Assembly: GCA_963422765.1 (NCBI GenBank)
Contig: OY730490.1
Span: 2,453,211 to 2,517,210, forward strand
DNA from: Dehalococcoidia bacterium
Lineage (GTDB): Bacteria; Chloroflexota; Dehalococcoidia; Lucifugimonadales; UBA3495
Length of the DNA stretch: 64,000 nt
Direction of reading: 5' to 3'
Shown here: one piece after another, positions 25,328-33,668 of the stretch
Position numbering within the stretch: position 1 is the stretch's first letter
Layout of the letters: each line of letters begins with the position of its first letter
Translations under genes and position numbers: made by a program
The notes under the pieces: generated by a model
Database searches by the model: none
Seen by the model: only the letters and a program-made list of their open reading frames with translations
What the model was told of the DNA's origin: nothing

Positions 25328-25690
25328 ATGGGATTATTCGAGGTTGCAGTGGACTTAGGGCGGATCGGTGATGGCGAACTGACTTCGGTGACAGCCATCG
25401 TTGACACCGGGGCAGCCCATTCCGTGATGCCGGAATCCTTGTTAAAGCGGCTGGGTTTGGCGCCTATTGAGTACAGGCCGTATACAATTGCGCACGGTAG
25501 CGAAGAAGTGGAATATGGTTACGGGGTGGCCCTCTTCGGAATTGAAGGCCGCGAATTTCCTTGCCCGGTCATATTCGGTGCCGAAGGCCAATTCCTCTTG
25601 GGCTCCACCACCTTGCAAATTTTCAACCTTATGGTTGACCCGTCGGAAGAACAACTGGTAGCAAAACCCCTTCGCGCCAGAGCGATTTAA
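25328..25690 (+). CDS. Retropepsin-like (clan AA) aspartyl protease
   Basis: 120 aa with VTAIVDTGAAHSVMP (the D-T-G-A catalytic motif) and a second-half LLGSTTLQIF flap/dimer-type segment. Confidence 0.65.
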   Translation: MGLFEVAVDLGRIGDGELTSVTAIVDTGAAHSVMPESLLKRLGLAPIEYRPYTIAHGSEEVEYGYGVALFGIEGREFPCPVIFGAEGQFLLGSTTLQIFNLMVDPSEEQLVAKPLRARAI

Positions 25691-25691
25691 C

Positions 25692-25729
25692 CGCGCCAAG
25701 AAAGTCCGTTTGCTCGTAAAGTCCGTTTG
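25692..25729. repeat. 17-nt tandem duplication right after the stop codon
   Basis: AAAGTCCGTTTGCTCGT x2 plus a partial third copy, beginning 2 nt after the TAA at 25688-25690. Confidence 0.9.
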
Positions 25730-25758
25730 CTCGTAAAGAAGGCGGTTAGCACAAAGCG

Positions 25759-26352
25759 TTGAACATCGGCGTTTTAGCGGTACAGGGCGATTTCGCGGAG
25801 CATATAGCTATCCTCCGCAAGATAGGCGTGAATGCCCGCGAGGTCCGGTTGCCGGAGCAGTTGGAGGCTCTGGACGGGCTGATTATTCCCGGAGGCGAAA
25901 GCACTACTCTCAGCCGCCTGATGTCCATCTACAATCTGCGCGAACCTGTCGCGCAAATGGCGGCGGCGGGCCGCCCCGTCTGGGGCACCTGCGCCGGCAT
26001 GATTATGCTGGCCAGCGAAATCACCGAGCTTGACCCCGTGCCTCTGGGCCTAATGGACATCGGCGTCCGGCGCAACGCCTTCGGCCGCCAGGTGGATAGT
26101 TTCGAGCAGTCGCTGCAAATTGCCTCGCTGCCCCCCGAACCCTACCACTGCATCTTTATTCGCGCCCCGGTGGTCATCCGCGTCGGCCCGCCGGTGAAGG
26201 TTCTCGCAAGCCTGGACGACGGGCGGCCCGTGGCGGTGCAACAGGGAAACCTGCTGGCGACGTCTTTCCACCCCGAGCTTACCCAGGACGCCCGAATTCA
26301 CCAGTATTTCGTTGACCTCGTGGAAGGAAACTCCCTGGCGTCATCTGTATAG
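25759..26352 (+). CDS. pdxT: Pyridoxal 5'-phosphate synthase glutaminase subunit PdxT
   Basis: IGVLAVQGDFAEH, GGESTT, GTCAGMI and SFHPELT form the glutaminase triad context. TTG start. Confidence 0.9.
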   Translation: MNIGVLAVQGDFAEHIAILRKIGVNAREVRLPEQLEALDGLIIPGGESTTLSRLMSIYNLREPVAQMAAAGRPVWGTCAGMIMLASEITELDPVPLGLMDIGVRRNAFGRQVDSFEQSLQIASLPPEPYHCIFIRAPVVIRVGPPVKVLASLDDGRPVAVQQGNLLATSFHPELTQDARIHQYFVDLVEGNSLASSV

Positions 26353-26367
26353 TGTCATCTGTATAGT
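26340..26367. repeat. 14-nt tandem duplication spanning the pdxT stop codon
   Basis: GTCATCTGTATAGT x2. The first copy contains the TAG at 26350-26352. Confidence 0.9.
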
Positions 26368-26440
26368 AATGACGGCGACGGATTTTGCGTTGCCGTGTCT
26401 CCAATAGCAGCCCCCAATCATCCCTGTCGGAGGAGCGATA

Positions 26441-28144
26441 TTGACGACGGTGTATGACGCAGTGCGGGAAGAGTTGGAGCTGGCGCTAGAAATGTTGCCG
26501 GAGCGGGTGTCCGCGGCGCTTAGGCAGCGGGAAGACCTGGAGGAATTGCTGGAAGTAGTCCTGGACCTGGGTCGAGAACCGGAGGCCCGCTTCGTCAGCG
26601 GCGACGCCCCGCTCAGCTCCCAGGAAGTTGACGCCGTAGACTTGCAGGGGGTCATTGAACGATTAGGCGAGTTCGGCGGCGATAACCGGGCAGGCATCGA
26701 GCGCACACTGCATCGCATTTCAGCCATCCGCAACCGCCGGGGGCGCGTCATCGGGCTGACCTGCCGCATCGGACGGGCCGTCTTCGGCACCATCAAAATC
26801 ATCGAAGACTTAGCCTTTTCAGGCAAGAACATTTTGCTTCTGGGACGCCCAGGCGTCGGAAAAACCACTATGCTCCGCGAAACGGCTCGGGTGCTCTCGG
26901 TGGAAGCACAGAAACGGGTCATAATTGTCGACACGTCCAACGAAATCGCCGGCGACGGTGACGTGCCGCATCCGGCCATCGGACGGGCGCGGCGGATGCA
27001 GGTTCCCACGCCCTCGCAGCAACCCGGAGTGATGATCGAGGCAGTGGAAAACCATATGCCAGAGACCGTGGTCATTGACGAAATGGGCGCAGAGCAAGAG
27101 GCCGCCGCCGCCCGCACCATCGCCGAGCGGGGCGTGCAGCTCATCGCCACGGCCCACGGCAACACACTGGACAACCTGATTATGAACCCCACCCTGTCGG
27201 ACCTGGTGGGGGGAATCCAGACCGTGACGCTGGGCGACCAGGAAGCGCGCTATCGCGGCACGCAAAAGACGGTGCTGGAGCGCAAGGCCCCGCCCACCTT
27301 CGACGTGGTGGTGGAGATACAGAGCTGGGAACGCTTGGCAGTCCACGGCGATGTGGCCCACGTGGTTGACCAGTGGCTGCGCGGTTACCCCATCGTCCCC
27401 GAGGTGCGCTGGCTGGACGAAAACGGCGAGGTGCAGCGGGCAGAGGAAGAGTACCGAACCAACGAAAGCGCCCCGCCGCCCTTTGCCATGAACGGGAAAA
27501 GAAGGCAAGCGGAAGACCGCCGCTCTGACCGGAATTCCGGCCGTGAACGGCCCAGGGAATTCGACCGCGGGCCAGACCGCGCTGTTCCTTCACCCCGTCC
27601 CATGGGTGAAATGTCGGAGGAAGAGGCGGCTATGGCGGCGGAGGTGCGCGTCTTCCTCTTCGGCGTGGGCCGCGACAAACTGGAAGCCGCCATGGTCGAA
27701 TCGGGAACGCCGATGCAAATCGTCAACGAGCTGCGTCGCGCCGACCTGGTGCTGACCACCAAGACCCACTACCGCCGCGGCTCGCAGTTGGTGCGCATCG
27801 CCGAGGCCAACGGCAAGCCGGTCTACGTGTTGCGCAAGAACTCTCTGCCACAGTTACAGGACTTCCTGCGAACCGTGGTGGCGAAGCGAAACCCCAACGG
27901 CCAATTCCGGGGCGGACGTCCCACCTCTGCCGAACCCCAAGAAGCCCCCAACATCGAACGGGCCATGCAGGAAGCCGAGGAAGCCGCCAACCGTGTGTTG
28001 AGCGGAGAGGAGATGACGATCAAGCTGTCTCCGCAGCGCTCCCACATCCGGCGCCTACAGCACATGCTGGGGCAGCGCTACAACGTGGCCTCCACCAGCC
28101 AGGGGCGCGAACCTGACCGGGCTGTGCTGTTCTACCGGGTATAA
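26441..28144 (+). CDS. AAA-type ATPase with a C-terminal R3H domain (SpoIIIAA/Ycf45-like)
   Basis: Walker A GRPGVGKTTMLRE, VDTSNEIAGDGDVPHPAIGRARRM, and an R3H-like tail LSPQRSHIRRLQHMLGQRYNVASTSQGREPDRAV. TTG start. Confidence 0.65.
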   Translation: MTTVYDAVREELELALEMLPERVSAALRQREDLEELLEVVLDLGREPEARFVSGDAPLSSQEVDAVDLQGVIERLGEFGGDNRAGIERTLHRISAIRNRRGRVIGLTCRIGRAVFGTIKIIEDLAFSGKNILLLGRPGVGKTTMLRETARVLSVEAQKRVIIVDTSNEIAGDGDVPHPAIGRARRMQVPTPSQQPGVMIEAVENHMPETVVIDEMGAEQEAAAARTIAERGVQLIATAHGNTLDNLIMNPTLSDLVGGIQTVTLGDQEARYRGTQKTVLERKAPPTFDVVVEIQSWERLAVHGDVAHVVDQWLRGYPIVPEVRWLDENGEVQRAEEEYRTNESAPPPFAMNGKRRQAEDRRSDRNSGRERPREFDRGPDRAVPSPRPMGEMSEEEAAMAAEVRVFLFGVGRDKLEAAMVESGTPMQIVNELRRADLVLTTKTHYRRGSQLVRIAEANGKPVYVLRKNSLPQLQDFLRTVVAKRNPNGQFRGGRPTSAEPQEAPNIERAMQEAEEAANRVLSGEEMTIKLSPQRSHIRRLQHMLGQRYNVASTSQGREPDRAVLFYRV

Positions 28145-28150
28145 ACAATT

Positions 28151-28180
28151 CCCTTTCTCAGAAGGAGAGGGTTAGAGTGA
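28151..28180. repeat. REP-like hairpin element (degenerate)
   Basis: CCCTTTCTCAGAAGGAGAGGGTTAGAGTGA lies immediately after the stop at 28142-28144. Confidence 0.5.
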
Positions 28181-28264
28181 AACCGTTTCCTAACCGGGCA
28201 TACTTGCGTCGCAACGGGCGGGACGCTAAACTGTGGGCATCCTGAATTCCTCGGAGGACATAGC

Positions 28265-28549
28265 ATGGAAGGGAAAGTCCAAATTGAGATTACCTACTGC
28301 GTCAGTTGACAGCACTTGGGAACTGCCACGTGGATGGCAAACGAGTTTTTCCGTCATTTCGGCCCCGATGCAGCAGTAGCAATCTCCCCTCGCGGCCAGA
28401 GCATCATGGAGGTGTTCGTGGACGGCGAGCGCATCTTCGATAAGAAGGGCGAAGGCAACGTCTTCCCCGACTTGGGCCGCGTCCGCAAGATGCTGGCTCA
28501 TGTCCGCGAGAAAATCGCCGAGGCAGACCTGGTAGCAGCCGACGACTAG
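28265..28549 (+). CDS. SelW/SelT/SelH (Rdx) family selenoprotein with in-frame TGA (Sec) at 28307-28309
   Basis: ATG at 28265 follows GGAGGA. Translation is MEGKVQIEITYCVS-U-QHLGTATWMANEF...VFVDGERIFDKK..G.FP. This matches the bacterial Rdx pattern (V.IEYC..C.W..A.W.A.E...VDG..I..K) with U at the second redox position. The tracked ORF (TTG at 28316) would remove the redox motif. Confidence 0.7.
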
Positions 28550-28586
28550 CGGGCCTACAGAATGGCTCACACAATGGACCCGGCAG

Positions 28587-28627
28587 AATAGATAAGCCCC
28601 TCCGTTAAACGGAGGGGCTTATCTATT
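28587..28627. terminator. 41-nt perfect palindrome, bidirectional terminator between convergent genes
   Basis: AATAGATAAGCCCCTCCGTT-a-AACGGAGGGGCTTATCTATT. It overlaps the tmk stop codon (28623-28625). Confidence 0.65.
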
Positions 28628-29345
28628 GCCACAACATAGCAGGGCTGTTGACCCTCGTCTGGCGCCCTATGGTTTGGGGTAAGAATTGTGAAGCAACTCT
28701 CCAAATATATTCGCTCAGTTCCTCTTCCGGAAGCCTGGCGTCAACTTGATGCCAATTGAGGCTGCTTTCAGCCAGATCCAGGTAGCCCCGCCGCACCCGT
28801 TTGTGGAAGGCCAAGGGCTGGTCTTCAAAGCGGCGGTGTCCTTCAACGTCGGCTCGGCCCGCATCGGCGGAAGCGTCGGGCGATAGAGCCAATTGAAGCT
28901 GTGGCTTGCCGACGCGATGCAGTCCCACTTCAGGGTCAAGATCCAGCAAGAAGGTGACGTCGGGGTTCAGCCCGCCGGTGGCATAGTTGTTGAGGTAGTC
29001 TATAACATCGCGCCTTACAGCCCGGCCATAGCCTTGGTAGGCAACGGTGGAGCCGGAGAAGCGGTCCGAGATGACGGTGATTCCCCGCTCCAGGCTGGGC
29101 CGAATTTGGTCGGCAACCAACTGGGCCCGCGCGGCGGCAAACAGCAGCAACTCCGATTCCGGCGTCAACGCCTGCTTGCTCTTCAAGTATTCCCGCAGAT
29201 GCAGGCCCAAGGGGGTCGTGCCGGGCTCTCTCACCAGCAGCGCCTCCCTGCGCTTTTCCATCAGCCGCTGGTAAAGCCGCTCGGCCTGCGTGCTTTTCCC
29301 GGCCCCTTCTCCGCCCTCGAAAACTATGAACAGTCCATCCGCCAC
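28623..29345 (-). CDS. tmk: dTMP (thymidylate) kinase
   Basis: LFIVFEGGEGAGKSTQ P-loop and the DRF..S..AYQG block. GTG at 29345 follows GGAGGG. The tracked ATG at 29432 would add 29 unconserved residues. Confidence 0.85.
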   Translation of the reverse strand: MADGLFIVFEGGEGAGKSTQAERLYQRLMEKRREALLVREPGTTPLGLHLREYLKSKQALTPESELLLFAAARAQLVADQIRPSLERGITVISDRFSGSTVAYQGYGRAVRRDVIDYLNNYATGGLNPDVTFLLDLDPEVGLHRVGKPQLQLALSPDASADAGRADVEGHRRFEDQPLAFHKRVRRGYLDLAESSLNWHQVDARLPEEELSEYIWRVASQFLPQTIGRQTRVNSPAMLWQ

Positions 29346-29450
29346 AACCGCCCTCCGCAACTGCCTGTCCGGTTCTGCCCCCGGTTCTGCCTCAATGATA
29401 GCATTTGCTGTCGAAACAAACCGGCAGCCCACTTACAGGATATAATGACT

Positions 29451-30476
29451 CTAAGGGAGTTGTCCTTCACGAAGGGGCGCTATGACTTCTTCCCCGAAGC
29501 GGCGAATGATGCGCTCGGGGTCGGGGCCGATAGCGGTTATCAGCAAGGCGTCCACCCCGGCGTTGAAGATGGCGCGAGACTTGGCTCGGCATTCCTGGGG
29601 CGTTCCGGCTACGGCGAAACGGTCGGCGAAATAGTCGGTGAGTCCAAGTTCATCGGTTAGGGTGGCGTTGCGGGTTTGGCCCACCTGCTCGTGTTCGGCG
29701 GCTTCATATTCGCGGTGCAGGATGGATACCGGCTCACGCAATTCCTCCGGCACGTTCTTGCCTTCGAGGGTAAACCGGAAGGCATGGTGGCCGGAAGCGG
29801 CCAGGGCCATCTTGATTTCCTTTATGGCGTCGTCGCGGTTGTCGGCAATGTTGCACTTGGCGAAGGCCCAGACGCCGGTTGCGCCCTCCTCGCGTCCGGC
29901 GGCGCGCTCACCCTCGCGAATGCGGGCGACAGTGTCGGTCAGCACTTCCTGGGTCAGGCCAGTATGGATGATGGCGGCATCGGCGTCGGCCCCGGCCATT
30001 GCCAAAGTGCGCGGCCCCTCAGCAGACATTGCGACGGGTATAGCGGCGTTGGCCCAACGCACATGGGCCCGGTCGCCCCGGTACTCGCTGGTTTCTCCGG
30101 CCAGCATTTCCCGGACGGTCTGGATGTAGTGATGCAGCTCCGACAGCCGGGCCGGACGCAGCCCCAGGTTCAGCACCGCGCTATCGCCGCTGCCGACGCC
30201 CAAGAAGGCCCGTCCGCCGGAAAGCTCGTTGACCGACGCAATGGCCGACGCCGTTACCGCCGGGTGGCGTGTGAGCGGGTTGCTGACCGTTGGCCCCAGC
30301 ATAACCCTATCCGTGGACATTGCCACCACGCTCAGGGCAACATACAACTCGCGGGCCAATGATTGAGAGTCGGCTATACCCACATAGTCGAAGCCCATCT
30401 CCTCGGCCAGCCGAGCTCGTTTTGCCAGAACCTCAAGGCTGTCGGGAAGCATCGTAACGCCGAACTTCATTGCCAA
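29451..30476 (-). CDS. LLM-class (luciferase-like) flavin/F420-dependent oxidoreductase
   Basis: MKFGV..., FDYVGIADSQ, LGPTVSNPLTRHPAVTASAIASV and FLGVGSGDS are typical of the methylene-H4MPT reductase-like family. Confidence 0.8.
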   Translation of the reverse strand: MAMKFGVTMLPDSLEVLAKRARLAEEMGFDYVGIADSQSLARELYVALSVVAMSTDRVMLGPTVSNPLTRHPAVTASAIASVNELSGGRAFLGVGSGDSAVLNLGLRPARLSELHHYIQTVREMLAGETSEYRGDRAHVRWANAAIPVAMSAEGPRTLAMAGADADAAIIHTGLTQEVLTDTVARIREGERAAGREEGATGVWAFAKCNIADNRDDAIKEIKMALAASGHHAFRFTLEGKNVPEELREPVSILHREYEAAEHEQVGQTRNATLTDELGLTDYFADRFAVAGTPQECRAKSRAIFNAGVDALLITAIGPDPERIIRRFGEEVIAPLREGQLP

Positions 30477-30952
30477 CGGCCTCTGAATGTAGCGGCGCTT
30501 ACAACGCTGAAAATGTCCTCACCGTTACGGAATTTTTGGAAAAGCTGGAGGTTCAAGACCCCATCGGGGTAATTGGTACGTTCTTGTATCATTACTAGCT
30601 CAATGACCACCAGCAGGAACTCAGGGCTGTACTCGCTGACGCCGTTCAACTCTTCAAATTGACTGATGTACGCTGTTTTGAATACCTGCAAACTTGGCGG
30701 GTAAGAGGTTGAGGGAACTACGGGCATGATGATGTTGTTTATGATGTGGTCAGCGAAATCGTTTGTCAGTCCGGGCTCTGCACCTCGTTTCTGATAAAGG
30801 TCAACAATGAGGTGGATATGCTGAGGAGTTCTGATTCGCTTGTCAGGTTCTCTGTATCGCACAAGAAAGTCGTGCTGCGATTTCTTGCCGGTTTCCGTGT
30901 AAATCTCGGTGCTGCCAGATGTTCGGTAAATCAATGTCTGCTGAGATGGCAT
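30467..30952 (-). CDS. Hypothetical protein, candidate cognate restriction endonuclease of the adjacent methyltransferase
   Basis: 161 aa with no motif I can name. It lies immediately downstream of the MTase in the same orientation, looks clearly AT-richer than the flanks, and its 3' end overlaps the LLM gene start by 10 nt. Confidence 0.3.
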   Translation of the reverse strand: MPSQQTLIYRTSGSTEIYTETGKKSQHDFLVRYREPDKRIRTPQHIHLIVDLYQKRGAEPGLTNDFADHIINNIIMPVVPSTSYPPSLQVFKTAYISQFEELNGVSEYSPEFLLVVIELVMIQERTNYPDGVLNLQLFQKFRNGEDIFSVVSAATFRGRWQ

Positions 30953-31012
30953 TCAGTACGCCCCCTTGGAGAGGATTGGGGGCGTTTAGCGTAAGCTATC
31001 TTGCTTTCACGA

Positions 31013-31915
31013 TCAATCTTTTAGCGTTTTTGACACGGCTTGATACTCGCGGCTTGTATCAAACAAACGCCGTTGATTTGTGTCTACAGTTTTCGCACCC
31101 GGCAACTGTACCACTGATTCAGCAAAACGGTCTGAGACACTGGACAACCTATCAGCGCCAATGCGAGCATAGTTCCACTCAACATCGCAGCCGATGAACC
31201 TGCGGTTGAGGGACAATGCGGCTAGGCCGGTGGAGGCACTGCCGGCGAAAGGGTCAAATACCAAGTCGCCGGGGTTCGTGCTGGCTCTCAGGCAACGGCC
31301 TATCAATGCGATCGGCTTCTGCGTGGGATGCTTGCCAAAAGTCTTTTCGTCGCGGCCGGCGGCTGGAAAGCGCCAGACGGATTTCATTTGCTTACCGCCG
31401 TTTTCGGCCTTCATTTCCTGGTAGTGGAAAGTGTATTTGTGCCTGCTGCCTTTCGGCGCTTTAGTAGCCCACAGGATGGTCTCGGTGGAGTGGGCGAAAC
31501 AGCGGCAACCCAAATTGGGTGGTGGGTTGTTCTTCTCCCATATGATGTCGTTCAGGATGCGAAACCCGAGCTGCATCATTGCCATCCCGACGCTCAGATA
31601 GATATGCAGAGTTCCCGTGACCCAGATGGTACCGGCCGGTTTCAGAATCCGGTGGCACTCGCGCAGCCAAGCAAGGTTGAACTCGTGGTCATTTTCAATC
31701 CCGTCACTACGGTCCCACTCACCCTTGTTGACGCTGACCCGCTTGCCGGCAACGCAGGTCACGCCGTCGTTCGATAGCAGATAGGGCGGGTCACTCCAAA
31801 TGCAGTCCACACTGTCGGACGGCATACTGGCCATCAGGGATAGACCGTCGCCGCAGTACAGGGCGGACTGTTCATCCGCGGATTGCCAAACCAACTGCGG
31901 GCTATCGGTCATCAT
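31013..31915 (-). CDS. Beta-class N6-adenine (or N4-cytosine) DNA methyltransferase
   Basis: Motif IV (IWSDPPYLL) precedes motif I (FDPFAGSASTGLAALSLNRRFIGCDVE), which is the order seen in beta-class (permuted) enzymes. Start is taken at MMTDS; the tracked start is 31966. Confidence 0.85.
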   Translation of the reverse strand: MMTDSPQLVWQSADEQSALYCGDGLSLMASMPSDSVDCIWSDPPYLLSNDGVTCVAGKRVSVNKGEWDRSDGIENDHEFNLAWLRECHRILKPAGTIWVTGTLHIYLSVGMAMMQLGFRILNDIIWEKNNPPPNLGCRCFAHSTETILWATKAPKGSRHKYTFHYQEMKAENGGKQMKSVWRFPAAGRDEKTFGKHPTQKPIALIGRCLRASTNPGDLVFDPFAGSASTGLAALSLNRRFIGCDVEWNYARIGADRLSSVSDRFAESVVQLPGAKTVDTNQRRLFDTSREYQAVSKTLKD

Positions 31916-32282
31916 GCGATTGTCCTTCCTGCCTGAGTCGATAAACGGCAATTGCCCGAATTGCATCCAGAATAACCTGACCTTCCGGGGTATTTTTGAG
32001 GTCTTCTATGGCATCCTCCGCTATCATCTGCTCAAATTCTTTCAGGTCTCGCAACAGCCATGGAGCTGGTTCGGCTCCTCTGATTGCTCCGTCAACTGCC
32101 TCGCGGAATTCCAAGAACTGGGTTGCGTCGTCCGTTACCAGATAATAGGACTCGTTCTCCTCCCACTCATCGGGAATAGCAAGCCCGAAGTTTCTCTCTA
32201 CCAAGGCAACTACCAAATCCGACACCGATTCCCGTGAAGGATAGGATAATATCGGTTCCCACTGTCGTACTGGCCTAGCCAT
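31902..32282 (-). CDS. Acidic hypothetical protein, first gene of the R-M-like island
   Basis: 126 aa and rich in D/E. Its 3' end overlaps the MTase start. No HTH is recognisable. Confidence 0.45.
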   Translation of the reverse strand: MARPVRQWEPILSYPSRESVSDLVVALVERNFGLAIPDEWEENESYYLVTDDATQFLEFREAVDGAIRGAEPAPWLLRDLKEFEQMIAEDAIEDLKNTPEGQVILDAIRAIAVYRLRQEGQSHDDR

Positions 32283-32393
32283 TACCGCATCCCTCTAAGA
32301 GTTTGGCGCAATATACGAGATCAAAAATCAGATCGCAAGGCGGCGTTGTCATCAACTATCACGCAACCGGCCCTGCATTCGCGCCACGCCAAC

Positions 32394-33575
32394 TCACTCC
32401 CAACGCACGCGCGGCCCGACGGTTTTCATATAGCCCTCGTAGTTGCGGCGGGTTTCGGATATGGAGTCGCCGCCGAACTTTTCCATGAAGGCTTCGGCCA
32501 GCACCAAAGCCAGCATCGCCTCTCCCACCACACAGGCCGGCGGGGCCTGGCAGATGTCGGAGCGCTCGTAGTGGGCTTGCACTTCGTCGCCGGTATCCAG
32601 ATCCACCGACGGCAACGGGCTCATCAGGGTGGCGATGGGCTTAACGGCGAATTGGGCTGTCAGCGGCATACCGTTGGTCATGCCGCCCTCGGCGCCGCCC
32701 AGGTTGTTGGTGCTGCGCCGCCAGGGGCGGTCGGGGTCAGTGACCGGCTTGATGACGTCCTGAACCTGCGAGCCTCGCTGGTGGACGATGTCCCAGCCGG
32801 GGCCAATAGACACGGCCTTGACGGCGTTGATGGACATTAGAGCTTGGGAAACGCGCCCGTCTATTTTCCTATCCCAAGACACGTGGGAACCGAGGCCGAT
32901 GGGCACGTTCTCCGCCAGCACCTCGACGATACCTCCCACGGTGTCGCCGGCGTCGCGGGCGGCATCAATTTCGGCGGTCATACGCTCGGCGGCGGCGGGG
33001 TCGGCGCAGCGCACCGGAGACTCTTCCACGGCCCGCCAGTCAATCTTCGCTGGCGGTTCGGCCCGTATACCGCCGATGGTCAGGACGTGGCTATGCACCG
33101 CGATGCCGAACTCCTCCAACAGCCGCAAGGCCACGGCGCCGGCGGCGACGCGGGCGGCGGTCTCGCGGGCGCTGGCCCGCTCCAGCACATTGCGCACGTC
33201 GTTGAAGCCATACTTCATCGCGCCGGGCAGGTCGGCGTGGCCGGGGCGCAGCCGGGTCACGCGCTGGCTGCGGGGCGAGAGCGGCTCCCCCTCAATGGGG
33301 CGCACCGACATCGCTTCTTCCCAATTGGCCCAGTCGCGGTTTTCGATGCTCATTCCGACAGGACTGCCCAGCGTCGCCCCGTGGCGCACGCCGGATATGA
33401 TGTGCGCCCAGTCCTGTTCGATGAGCATTCGCCCGCCGCGCCCGTATCCCTTCTGTCGGCGGGCCAAGTGCGCTCCGATATAGTCCTCGTCAATGGGCAA
33501 CCCGGCAGGCACGCCTTCGACGATAATGACCAACCCTTGACCGTGGGATTCCCCGGCAGTTACAAAACGAACCAT
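32394..33575 (-). CDS. aroC: Chorismate synthase
   Basis: MVRFVTAGESHGQGL, RRQKGYGRGGRM and GRSSARETAARVAAG-like blocks. The start at MVRF is preferred over the tracked 33611. Confidence 0.93.
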   Translation of the reverse strand: MVRFVTAGESHGQGLVIIVEGVPAGLPIDEDYIGAHLARRQKGYGRGGRMLIEQDWAHIISGVRHGATLGSPVGMSIENRDWANWEEAMSVRPIEGEPLSPRSQRVTRLRPGHADLPGAMKYGFNDVRNVLERASARETAARVAAGAVALRLLEEFGIAVHSHVLTIGGIRAEPPAKIDWRAVEESPVRCADPAAAERMTAEIDAARDAGDTVGGIVEVLAENVPIGLGSHVSWDRKIDGRVSQALMSINAVKAVSIGPGWDIVHQRGSQVQDVIKPVTDPDRPWRRSTNNLGGAEGGMTNGMPLTAQFAVKPIATLMSPLPSVDLDTGDEVQAHYERSDICQAPPACVVGEAMLALVLAEAFMEKFGGDSISETRRNYEGYMKTVGPRVRWE

Positions 33576-33605
33576 ACTCTTCCAGTCATGCGGAAATTGT
33601 GAGGG

Positions 33606-33647
33606 CCTCACCCTGCCATCTCTCCCCAGGAGAGGATCAGGGTGAGG
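33606..33647. repeat. REP-like nested hairpin
   Basis: CCTCACCCTG..TCTCTCCCCAGGAGAGGAT..CAGGGTGAGG lies between aroE and aroC. Confidence 0.6.
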
Positions 33648-33668
33648 ACATACCCAATGCTTGCCGGA

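Noticed and set aside
28271-28282. GGGAAAGTCC, which resembles the conserved RNase P RNA P4 motif.
   Set aside because: It lies inside the selenoprotein reading frame (codons for G-K-V), and none of the surrounding RNase P helices are present.
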